Source: an uncultured Gammaproteobacteria bacterium (GTDB lineage Bacteria > Patescibacteriota > Patescibacteriia > Magasanikbacterales > JBBTXJ01). Taken from it: a stretch of 64,000 nucleotides of DNA. Position numbers and translations under genes: made by a program. The DNA is taken from the NCBI GenBank assembly GCA_964610305.1, contig CAZSVL010000005.1, positions 14,815-78,814 on the forward strand. The letters run 5' to 3'. Below the pieces are notes generated by a model, which made no database searches, was not told the origin of the DNA, and saw only the letters and a list, made by a program, of their open reading frames with translations. This document shows positions 1 through 7,627 of the stretch, one piece after another (the stretch's first letter is position 1; each line of letters opens with the position of its first letter).

Positions 1-719
1 ACTTCAGAGGTTTAGATACATCATTTGTAGAGCAGTTGGAAAAGCAGATTTCAGTACCGGAGTGTTTTGATGGCCTCGCCGTTGTACCCAAGTATTCCGT
101 GGTTAAGAGCACGGCTCCAGAGGATTGGCCTGGATTTAACCGGGCGCTGCATTTGCTTTTGGAAATTCTGAAAGGTTCAAGTTTTTTAAAGGTTGATTTG
201 GGAAAGGCAATTGGACCGCAGAATTTATGTGTTATTGGAGACACGCGACGCTTTATGGATGAGCTGAGTAGAGAGACGCCGGGCGACTGCCTTGTGTTTC
301 CTGTTCAGACAGGGCGTCGGTATGCGGGCAAAAGTCCTTTGGAGGCTAGAGCTGAAATGACTACGCAAGAGTTCGGCTTGGATCCGTTTATTGTTGGTTG
401 TTTGCTCTTGACTCATCCAAGGAGGCTTCAAAGAGAGCATTATCTTTATATTGATTGTCCTGGCGCAGAGTATATGCTCATTGGAGAGCGGAAGTTTATG
501 AGCGTTCCCGTGTGGCGACACGCTCCTGGAGGCATCCGGCTTGGCCTGCACCTAAAGCATGAGAGCAGTCAAAAGATCGGCTCTGCTACAGGCTTTAAAA
601 TAGATCTTGGTGGTATTACGGTTGCGGCTGCTGAGATTCCACCTGCTGACCCTCGTGGTCAGAGGGCTGCGCAGATTGATGGTGGACATCCTGACAAAAA
701 AAAGTTGCTAGAATTTTAG
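1..719 (+). CDS. hypothetical protein, 5'-truncated at window edge; paralog of 4225..5262
   Basis: Reading frame is open back to position 1 (ORF-track start at 36 is a TTG). Shares EGFDGLAV(V/I)PK, TPGDCLVxPVQTG, VGC(L/I)LLTH and the C-terminal KLLEF with the protein at 4225..5262. Confidence 0.45.
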   Translation, partial: FRGLDTSFVEQLEKQISVPECFDGLAVVPKYSVVKSTAPEDWPGFNRALHLLLEILKGSSFLKVDLGKAIGPQNLCVIGDTRRFMDELSRETPGDCLVFPVQTGRRYAGKSPLEARAEMTTQEFGLDPFIVGCLLLTHPRRLQREHYLYIDCPGAEYMLIGERKFMSVPVWRHAPGGIRLGLHLKHESSQKIGSATGFKIDLGGITVAAAEIPPADPRGQRAAQIDGGHPDKKKLLEF

Positions 720-762
720 ATTTATTCCGGACATGCTGATGCGCATGTCTTTTTTAATAAGC

Positions 763-791
763 TTGACCACGCTACCTTCTTGTGATACTCT
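763..791 (+). promoter_or_regulatory. candidate sigma70-type promoter TTGACC-17-TACTCT with TG-extended -10
   Basis: Hexamers read directly at 763-768 and 786-791, about 35 nt upstream of the sigma factor start. Confidence 0.3.
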
Positions 792-825
792 CTGTAAGAA
801 TTAGCTAAACTTAGCGTCTTCTATT

Positions 826-1341
826 ATGAGCATGAGCTCTAGAGAACAACAATTCTCCGCGCTTTATGAAGAGCTTGCCGCAAAGGTGTATCGGCACGTT
901 CGTCTTAGGGTAGGATCTGAGCATGATGCTGAGGACATTGTGGCGCAGACGTTTATGAAGAGCTGGGATTACGTGAATAAAGGAAAGATAATCCTGAATA
1001 AAAAAGCGTTTGTTTTCCGTGTGGCGAATAATTTAATTATTGATTGGTATCGCGCTAAAAACAGCAGGCCGATCCCTATGGAAGATGTGGAGGAGGCAAA
1101 ACTGGGTGTTGCAGAAGAAAATTGGGATGAGATTTTAGATGCGCGCCATACATTAGAGCAAGTAGAAAAAGCGCTTGATGAGCTAGATCCATCGTACCGG
1201 GATGCTATTGTGCTTCAGTATATGGAGGGCTATAGTGTAAAAGATGTTGCAAAGAAATTACGTGTTTCAGAGAATGTGGTCTACGTGCGTGTTCATCGGG
1301 GAAGAAAAAAACTTTTGGAACTTTTGGCAGGAGCGATGTAA
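826..1341 (+). CDS. RNA polymerase ECF-type sigma-70 family sigma factor
   Basis: Region 2 (IIDWYRAKNSRP) and region 4 HTH (DAIVLQYMEGYSVKDVAKKLRVSENVVYVRVHRGRKKL) are typical of sigma-24 family. Size 171 aa. Confidence 0.75.
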   Translation: MSMSSREQQFSALYEELAAKVYRHVRLRVGSEHDAEDIVAQTFMKSWDYVNKGKIILNKKAFVFRVANNLIIDWYRAKNSRPIPMEDVEEAKLGVAEENWDEILDARHTLEQVEKALDELDPSYRDAIVLQYMEGYSVKDVAKKLRVSENVVYVRVHRGRKKLLELLAGAM

Positions 1342-1363
1342 GTATTTCATCTTGTCATTCTGA

Positions 1364-1419
1364 ATGAAGTGAAGAATCTAATACGTTCGTAGGGGATCCT
1401 TCGCTTCGCTCAGGATGAC
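1364..1419. repeat. degenerate palindromic element of the GTCAT...ATGAC family, between the sigma and anti-sigma genes
   Basis: Starts GTCATTCTGAA and ends CTCAGGATGAC. Same end motifs as the inverted repeats flanking the GIY-YIG genes. Confidence 0.4.
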
Positions 1420-1435
1420 GGCAAGAAATTAAATC

Positions 1436-2578
1436 ATGAAAAATCATTTTAAAAATTTAGAGAGCAAATACGAGTGGACGCAGGCTCAGCATGAGCGTGT
1501 GAGGAGTAAGCTGCTTGCTCACATGAAATCAACGGTTGCGGACAAACCAAGCCGCGCATCTTTTTCATGGATGAAATTAGCGCCGGCTACATTGGGCGCT
1601 ATGGTTTTTGTTTTGCTTGGTGGTGCTGGCGTAACGGTGGTAGTGGCAAAAGACAGCAGCTCTCATCATCGTCTGTATCCGGTGCGAGTAATGACAGAGA
1701 AAGTGCGCACTCAGCTTACATGGAATGATAGAAAAAAAGCGGCCCGTGCATCAGCCTATGCGGCAGAACGTTTAGATGAGCTTAATGATCTGGCGCAAGC
1801 TCAGGCAGCCGCGGCGGGAAGAGCAAAAAGGACGGTTGATATTGCGGCAGACAGACGTCTTGCCGGCTTTAAAAAAAGCGTTCTGGCAATTAATGACTTT
1901 GCCAATATTGCAAAAAAACAAATGGAAGCTCTGGCAAAGGAGGGTGATGAAGAGGCAGAGGCTTTAGTTGCAGAGTTAGACGCTGTTTTGGATGCAACGC
2001 TGGGTATTATGTATACCGTTGAGACCAGCTCTGAGCCGCATGAGCCTATGCGCAAAGTAATTTCTGTAACACGTCAGCAGATTAGTCCTTTGGAGAGCAA
2101 TGTAGAGATTATGCTCAATAGAGTGGTGGTAGAGAGATGGGAAGGGAGCTCTGTTAAGCAAGCGTCTGGAGAAAGTACGGATTACATTTCACAAAAAAAT
2201 AATGAGTCTCAGAATAAATCAGCTATACAGAAAGTTGTGCAAGCCAAAACAATGCTTAAAAGGGCGGCTGAGCGACTAGAGAAGGCAAGAAGAATATACG
2301 GATATGATGCTGTGCATAGCATGAAAGAGGGTTACCAGCGCGCAGAGAGGATTATTTCTGAGGCTGAGTCTTTGCTAGAAAACGGAAAACCAAGAGATGC
2401 GTATCATCGTGCGGATGAGGCCCTTAGGACGGCCGCGCATATAAGAACATACGCTCCCGTTATCTCGCCCAGAACAAAAGTAATTGTAGATGAATCTAAT
2501 CAACTGAGGTTACACGTGTTGCCGCAATATGAAGCAGATTTGGCTGCAACCAGCACGCAAGCAACAAGTGGAGAATAA
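1436..2578 (+). CDS. putative anti-sigma factor / single-pass membrane protein with coiled-coil periplasmic domain
   Basis: Sits immediately downstream of the ECF sigma factor on the same strand. One TM segment (LAPATLGAMVFVLLGGAGVTVVVA). No catalytic motifs. Confidence 0.4.
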   Translation: MKNHFKNLESKYEWTQAQHERVRSKLLAHMKSTVADKPSRASFSWMKLAPATLGAMVFVLLGGAGVTVVVAKDSSSHHRLYPVRVMTEKVRTQLTWNDRKKAARASAYAAERLDELNDLAQAQAAAAGRAKRTVDIAADRRLAGFKKSVLAINDFANIAKKQMEALAKEGDEEAEALVAELDAVLDATLGIMYTVETSSEPHEPMRKVISVTRQQISPLESNVEIMLNRVVVERWEGSSVKQASGESTDYISQKNNESQNKSAIQKVVQAKTMLKRAAERLEKARRIYGYDAVHSMKEGYQRAERIISEAESLLENGKPRDAYHRADEALRTAAHIRTYAPVISPRTKVIVDESNQLRLHVLPQYEADLAATSTQATSGE

Positions 2579-2580
2579 AA

Positions 2581-2656
2581 AACCGCCACTTTTCTGTGAG
2601 ATCCCGGATAAATTGCTGCGCAATTTTCCGGGATGACATGGAAGGGCGGTTTTTTG
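2581..2656 (+). terminator. long hairpin plus T-run, putative intrinsic terminator; contains an internal ATCCCGGA...TCCGGGATGAC palindrome
   Basis: CCGCC at 2583-2587 pairs with GGGCGG at 2644-2649 and is followed by TTTTTT. The internal palindrome belongs to the same repeat family. Confidence 0.4.
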
Positions 2657-2667
2657 GTTTAAGATAT

Positions 2668-3019
2668 GTCATTCTGAACTTGATTCAGAATCTCACAGAA
2701 GTATGTCAGGATATAAATCTCTCCACTCCCTATTGTCTCTAGAAATCAAGTCTTCTTTCCAGGGACGTTTCCAGGCTTTCAGTTGCTTTTCTCGTGTGAT
2801 GGCTGACTCCGCATTTTCGTGAATGTCGTAATACACTAGTTTGTTTACGTTGTATTGCTTAGTAAAGCTTTCCTTGGCTCCCTCTCTGTGTTGCCACATT
2901 CTCTTTTTCAAATTACTCGTTACCCCAATGTACAAAACCGTATTGGTCTGATTGGATAAGATGTAGACGTAGTACTGTTTGTGCATTGCTGTTAGATCCT
3001 GAATCAAGTTCAGGATGAC
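2668..3019 (-). mobile_element. GIY-YIG gene cassette bounded by 25-bp terminal inverted repeats (putative small mobile element)
   Basis: Left end GTCATTCTGAACTTGATTCAGAATC (2668-2692). Right end GATCCTGAATCAAGTTCAGGATGAC (2995-3019), whose reverse complement is GTCATCCTGAACTTGATTCAGGATC. Each end is itself an internal palindrome. Confidence 0.5.
2693..2986 (-). CDS. GIY-YIG nuclease family protein (about 98 aa)
   Basis: YVYILSNQTNTVLYIGVTSNLKKRMWQHREG is a GIY-YIG/URI motif. ATG at 2986 is the likely start. The ORF-track extension to 3007 uses a TTG inside the inverted repeat. Confidence 0.75.
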   Translation of the reverse strand: MHKQYYVYILSNQTNTVLYIGVTSNLKKRMWQHREGAKESFTKQYNVNKLVYYDIHENAESAITREKQLKAWKRPWKEDLISRDNREWRDLYPDILL

Positions 3020-3080
3020 GAAGGGGTGTTCAGGATGACGAAGGGGTGTTCAGGATGACGAAGGGGTGTTCAGGATGACG
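3011..3080. repeat. tandem repeat, 20-bp unit CAGGATGACGAAGGGGTGTT x 3.5
   Basis: Perfect copies are read directly. The unit begins with the outer end of the right inverted repeat (TTCAGGATGACG) and sits between the GIY-YIG start and the trpS stop. Confidence 0.85.
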
Positions 3081-3081
3081 T

Positions 3082-4119
3082 CTACAAACCAATTTTTTTC
3101 CTGGCTTTTATCATGCTCTTCTCTGCAATAAAATGAGCCTTTCTGTTTGCCAGCTTTGAGAGTACGTCTCTTTTCAGCAGACCTGCACGTTTTTTTCTGA
3201 AGTTGCCAAAGTAATCTGAAATTGAGCGTGCTGTTGTTTGTTTGAGGTCTTTGTAAGAGATGGATTGGCCAGTAAAGCGCATGTTGTCTTTTTCTGAGCC
3301 AAAGTATTCTAGTAGTTTCAGCAGGTTGTACGCTCCAGCTACTCCTTCATTTTTTCCGGCTCCTGGTTTGAGAATCCATTCCCCTTTCCATGCTACAGGG
3401 ATTTTTCCGGTGCTCTCTGTTTTGGCTTTCTTAATTTTTTCTGCAATTGTTTTTGGAGAGTCGCTTAGATTGATGACGTTTTTTTCGCCATGAGATTTAC
3501 TCATTTTTTTATGAGGAGCGGTAAGGCTCATAACACGTGGGGTAGGGGTAAGGATGGGTCTGGCCTCTGGAAAGGTCTTTCCGTATCTATTGTTAAACCA
3601 GCGCGCAATTTTTCTAGTGAGCTCTACGTGTTGTACTTGGTCTTCTCCAACAGGCACGTGCGTCCCGCCGTAGAGTAGAATATCGGCCGCCTGCAAAACA
3701 GGGTAACTAAAGAGTCCATTATTAATATTATTTTTTTGATCTAATGACTTATCTTTAAATTGAGTCATCCGTGAGAGCTCTGCAATGGGCGTAACGCAAT
3801 TAAACATCCAGCCCAGCTCTGTGTGTTGAGGCACGGCCGATTGCAAAAAGAAAACAGACTTGCGATTGTTAATGCCAAGAGCAAAAAGCTCTGCTGCCAT
3901 CATTTTTACATTTTTTTTGAGCTCCTTGCTTTCAGGCGCTTGCGTCAGCACGTGCAAATCAGCAATAAAAAAGAAGCACTCGTTTTTTGGATCATCTTGC
4001 AATTGCTTCCAGTAGCGCAGCGCACCTAAATAATTTCCGATGTGAAGCGGTCCGCTTGGCTGAATGCCAGATACAATAGTGTGTTTCATAGTAGTCTTAT
4101 TGTAATCCCATATAGACAT
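3082..4119 (-). CDS. trpS: tryptophan--tRNA ligase
   Basis: Class I HIGH motif (PSGPLHIGNYLGA) and KMSKS (HKKMSKSHG). Overall TrpRS-like layout. True start may be the internal MKHTIVSG. Confidence 0.85.
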   Translation of the reverse strand: MSIWDYNKTTMKHTIVSGIQPSGPLHIGNYLGALRYWKQLQDDPKNECFFFIADLHVLTQAPESKELKKNVKMMAAELFALGINNRKSVFFLQSAVPQHTELGWMFNCVTPIAELSRMTQFKDKSLDQKNNINNGLFSYPVLQAADILLYGGTHVPVGEDQVQHVELTRKIARWFNNRYGKTFPEARPILTPTPRVMSLTAPHKKMSKSHGEKNVINLSDSPKTIAEKIKKAKTESTGKIPVAWKGEWILKPGAGKNEGVAGAYNLLKLLEYFGSEKDNMRFTGQSISYKDLKQTTARSISDYFGNFRKKRAGLLKRDVLSKLANRKAHFIAEKSMIKARKKIGL

Positions 4120-4224
4120 TTATGCAAAAAAATGCTATGGTGGTGCTACCGCGTCGGCCGGATGCCGGCATGTTCTGGATTCATGTGTGTTTGCTGTAGC
4201 GCAAAACGCTGCAGATTATCATGC

Positions 4225-5262
4225 ATGGAAAAGGAGGAGAAATTGGCAGAGCCAACAAGAAAGCAGCTGATAGCGCTTATGCAATTGCGTTTTGCGCCAG
4301 AGAATAGATTGTCCATTGATAGATGGCTGGCATACATAGCTGGTGTTTGTGGTGGGTTGATTGAAAAAGATGGACTGCAGCGCATCCTGCAGGGCGATCA
4401 CCCCAAAATTCAGATAGACATGGAATCAGTGGGTTTGGTGCCCGACATGCGAAGGTTTCAATTTTTTTGGAATCCCGTAGTTAGCGTTGAGCCTAGCGGT
4501 AAGTATGCCAACCAAGAGATTCTCTGCAGCGCTACGTATCCAGAAAACTGGCGTATGCTTCCAGTGGCAAGGCAAGCCGAGCTTTTAAAGCAGTTTTTTG
4601 ATGAGCTTGATGTCTCGCAGGTGCAGAAGGTTGCACAGGGGATTATGGTTCCTGAGGGTTTTGACGGCCTGGCAGTAATTCCAAAATTTGCAGCTATCGC
4701 AGATTTAGCTCATGACTACACGTTTCCTCCATTCAATGTTGCAATGAAGCGCTTGATGAGAGTTTTTAGCCAAGAATTTGAGGGATTTAAGCGCGACGCT
4801 TTTGCATGGTCTCCGGGCACCGCTGGACTATATGAGCCTACGAGAGCTTTTTTGGAGGAGTTGGCTGAGAGCACGCCAGGCGATTGTCTGGTGATGCCGG
4901 TTCAAACCGGCATACTTCATAGAGGTAGAAGTGTGCAGAGAGCGAGGGTGTGCTACACAGACGATGAGTATGGATTAGACATGTTTTCTGTGGGATGCAT
5001 ATTGCTTACCCATCAGGGGCGCTTGGCAGCTGACGCGCTGCATATCATCTGTCCGGGATCATCCGTTCAAAATTCTCTTCAGAGCCGAGTTGATTGGTCG
5101 TGCAATGGTGTTTGGCAAAAATCATCTTTGGTTGAACTTGTGCGACGCTCGAATTATAAACCCGTGAAAAACAGTGGGTGTGCAACTGCGCATTATCCAT
5201 TTAAAACCGGCGAAACGCAGTCGAGCACTGTGGATGAGAGCGCAAAGCTGCTAGAATTCTAA
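4225..5262 (+). CDS. hypothetical protein; paralog of the edge gene 1..719
   Basis: ORF-track start at 4042 overlaps trpS, so the in-frame ATG at 4225 (MEKEEKLAE) was chosen. Shares EGFDGLAVIPK, TPGDCLVMPVQTG and C-terminal KLLEF with the first gene. Confidence 0.45.
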   Translation: MEKEEKLAEPTRKQLIALMQLRFAPENRLSIDRWLAYIAGVCGGLIEKDGLQRILQGDHPKIQIDMESVGLVPDMRRFQFFWNPVVSVEPSGKYANQEILCSATYPENWRMLPVARQAELLKQFFDELDVSQVQKVAQGIMVPEGFDGLAVIPKFAAIADLAHDYTFPPFNVAMKRLMRVFSQEFEGFKRDAFAWSPGTAGLYEPTRAFLEELAESTPGDCLVMPVQTGILHRGRSVQRARVCYTDDEYGLDMFSVGCILLTHQGRLAADALHIICPGSSVQNSLQSRVDWSCNGVWQKSSLVELVRRSNYKPVKNSGCATAHYPFKTGETQSSTVDESAKLLEF

Positions 5263-5306
5263 ACCAAAAATCCTGCACTTGTTGAGTACAGGATTTTTTT
5301 GTTGTG

Positions 5307-5652
5307 GTCATCCCGGACTTGATCCGGGATCCAGGGAATACGGATATAAGTCTCTCCATTGAGGATTATGCTCTTCTATCAGATCAAGCTTCCATTTGCG
5401 TTTCCAATTTTTGAGCTGTTTTTCACGCGCAATAGCTTGGCTAGCAGATTTATATTCCTCAAAATGAACCAATTTTGATACATTGTATTCTTTTGTAAAT
5501 CCTTCTGCTTCTTTCTTTTTGTGTTGCCATGTTCGTTTGAGTACGTCGTTGCTTACACCGATGTAAATCGTACCATTTCTTTTACTAGCTAATATGTAGA
5601 CGTAGTACGATTTTGCCATATACACTGGATCCTGAATCAAGTTCAGGATGAC
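5307..5652 (-). mobile_element. second GIY-YIG cassette bounded by 25-bp terminal inverted repeats
   Basis: Left end GTCATCCCGGACTTGATCCGGGATC (5307-5331). Right end GATCCTGAATCAAGTTCAGGATGAC (5628-5652), identical to the right end of the first cassette. Confidence 0.5.
5308..5619 (-). CDS. GIY-YIG nuclease family protein (about 103 aa)
   Basis: YVYILASKRNGTIYIGVSNDVLKRTWQHKKK motif. ATG at 5619 is the likely start (track start at 5640 is again a TTG in the repeat). The C-terminal LDPGSSPG residues and the stop codon are encoded by the left inverted repeat. Confidence 0.75.
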   Translation of the reverse strand: MAKSYYVYILASKRNGTIYIGVSNDVLKRTWQHKKKEAEGFTKEYNVSKLVHFEEYKSASQAIAREKQLKNWKRKWKLDLIEEHNPQWRDLYPYSLDPGSSPG

Positions 5653-5658
5653 GATGTA

Positions 5659-7485
5659 TTACACTTCTATCACCACCGGAAGCACCATCGGCCTCTTGCG
5701 CGTTTTTTTAAACAACATGCTGCCTACTTCGTCCCGGATTTTATTTTTGAGAATGTGAGGGTCTGTGCCCGCCTTTTTATCATGCGCTGTTGCTAGTTTT
5801 TTCACTGATCTTCTTAGGTTTTCTATGAGCTCTCTGTTTTCTTTGAGGTACACAAAGCCGCGGCTTATAATGTCTGGATTATGAATCAGCTTTCCAGATT
5901 TTGTATCAAGCGTGCAGATCACCACCACCATGCCTTCTTCTGCTAGCACTTGTCTGTCGCGCAATACAATTTGGCTTTCGTTTGATACGCCCAGGCCATC
6001 AACAAATACATAGTCTGTTACCACCTTTTTCTTGGTGAGCTCTCCGTTTCCTTTTTTATCAAACTCCATTATCTGGCCGTTGTCTGCCACATAGATGTGA
6101 TCCTTTGGCCAACCAAGACTCTCTGCCACGGATGCGTTTTCGCGTAGCAAAAAGTGATTTCCTTCAATAGGAATATAATATTTTGGCTGGAAAAGCGTAA
6201 TCATGAGTTTTAGATCTTCTTTTTTTCCATGACCGCCCGCGTGCACGTCCATCATAGAGTAGTGTATTACGCGCGCCTCTTTTCTGTAGAGCGTGTCCAT
6301 GAGTCTTTGCACAGAGCGCTCGTTTCCGGGAACCACAGAAGAAGAAAAGATTACCGTATCGGTCTTTCTAATTTTCACGCTGCGGTGATCGCCGTTTGCA
6401 ATACGCATAAGTGCCGCGCGGCTCTCGCCTTGCGCGCCGGTGCATACAATTACAATTTTATCATCATCGTAGTTATCAATTTTGTTGATAGGGATGATGG
6501 TGTCTTTTTTTATGGGCCTAATAAAGCCAAGTTCTCTGGCAATCTCTACGTTTGTTTTCATGCTGTAGCCTTCAAACGCAACTTTTTTGCCGTGGACTTC
6601 CGCCAGATCTACAATTTGTTTTACGCGCGATAGCAAAGACGCAAACGTTCCAATAATAAGTCTGCCCGGCGCTTTTTCTATGATCCTGTCCAGCGTCTCG
6701 CCAATTTCTTTTTCTGAAATCTGATGGCCGGGGCGGTTGGCGTTTGTAGAGTCTCCCATAAGCGCCAAAACACCCTCTGATCCCACCTTAGCAATTCTCT
6801 GCAGATCTGCTGGTGGTTCACCAACCGGGTGAAAATCAAATTTCCAGTCTCCGGTGTGGATTACTGTGCCGTTTGGTGTTTTTACTACAATGCCGGCAGA
6901 GTCTGGAATGTTATGGTTGATGTGAAAGAAGCTCACTTCAAAATGTCCCAACTTAAGAACGTCTGTAATTTTTGACACCTTTATTTTAAGCGGAGGAGTA
7001 TTAAAATCTGTCTGGCGTTTTTTAATGATGCCGGCAGATGTTGGCAGGGCATAAATAGTTGGGTTTCCAATGTTAGGAACGGTGTGGGGGATTGCGCCAA
7101 TGTGGTCATAGTGACCGTGCGTAATGATAACGCCACGGATATTTTTTTCTTTTCCTTTTAGATAGCTCATGTTTGGCACAATGTAATCTATGCCAGGCAT
7201 GTCTTCTTCTGGAAATTGAAGACCCATGTCTATGAGGATGATGTCATTTTTGTACTCCAAAAGAGTGCAGTTGCGTCCAACCTCTTCTAATCCGCCAAGC
7301 ACAATAACGCGTAGCTTGTCGCCGCTTGGTGGTGGGACGGCAGCGGGCGTCCGTCTCTGTGGAGCTCGCCTTTTGTTTTGTCCCTGTCTGTTGTGAGGGC
7401 GCCGCTTTTGATGCGATTTTGCGCCCGTGGTTTTTCCGGCTGGTCGTCTTTGTTGCTGACGCCGCGGAGATGATTTAGTTGTCAT
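5659..7485 (-). CDS. rnj: ribonuclease J (metallo-beta-lactamase/beta-CASP RNase)
   Basis: HxHxDH motif (VIITHGHYDHIGA) and RNase J-like domain order. About 55-aa basic N-terminal extension (PRRQQQRRPAGKTT...). Confidence 0.85.
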   Translation of the reverse strand: MTTKSSPRRQQQRRPAGKTTGAKSHQKRRPHNRQGQNKRRAPQRRTPAAVPPPSGDKLRVIVLGGLEEVGRNCTLLEYKNDIILIDMGLQFPEEDMPGIDYIVPNMSYLKGKEKNIRGVIITHGHYDHIGAIPHTVPNIGNPTIYALPTSAGIIKKRQTDFNTPPLKIKVSKITDVLKLGHFEVSFFHINHNIPDSAGIVVKTPNGTVIHTGDWKFDFHPVGEPPADLQRIAKVGSEGVLALMGDSTNANRPGHQISEKEIGETLDRIIEKAPGRLIIGTFASLLSRVKQIVDLAEVHGKKVAFEGYSMKTNVEIARELGFIRPIKKDTIIPINKIDNYDDDKIVIVCTGAQGESRAALMRIANGDHRSVKIRKTDTVIFSSSVVPGNERSVQRLMDTLYRKEARVIHYSMMDVHAGGHGKKEDLKLMITLFQPKYYIPIEGNHFLLRENASVAESLGWPKDHIYVADNGQIMEFDKKGNGELTKKKVVTDYVFVDGLGVSNESQIVLRDRQVLAEEGMVVVICTLDTKSGKLIHNPDIISRGFVYLKENRELIENLRRSVKKLATAHDKKAGTDPHILKNKIRDEVGSMLFKKTRKRPMVLPVVIEV

Positions 7486-7627
7486 ATTTGTTGCGCGATA
7501 AAATCGCGAAAGATATAAAGAAAGTTAAAGTTATTGATTATTAATTTTTAGACACCCACTAGTTTAGTTGGTGTTTTGTGTCGGGATCCTACCGCCTGCT
7601 ACGCGGCTCCAGGATGACGCTTGCGCG

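Noticed and set aside
3011-3080. Possible CRISPR array (short direct repeats)
   Set aside because: The units are contiguous 20-bp tandem copies with no spacers, and no cas genes are nearby. It is a tandem repeat, not a CRISPR.
6229-6633. 134-aa plus-strand ORF inside rnj
   Set aside because: It lies antisense to a strongly supported RNase J gene, and its sequence is His/Arg-rich low-complexity with no motifs.
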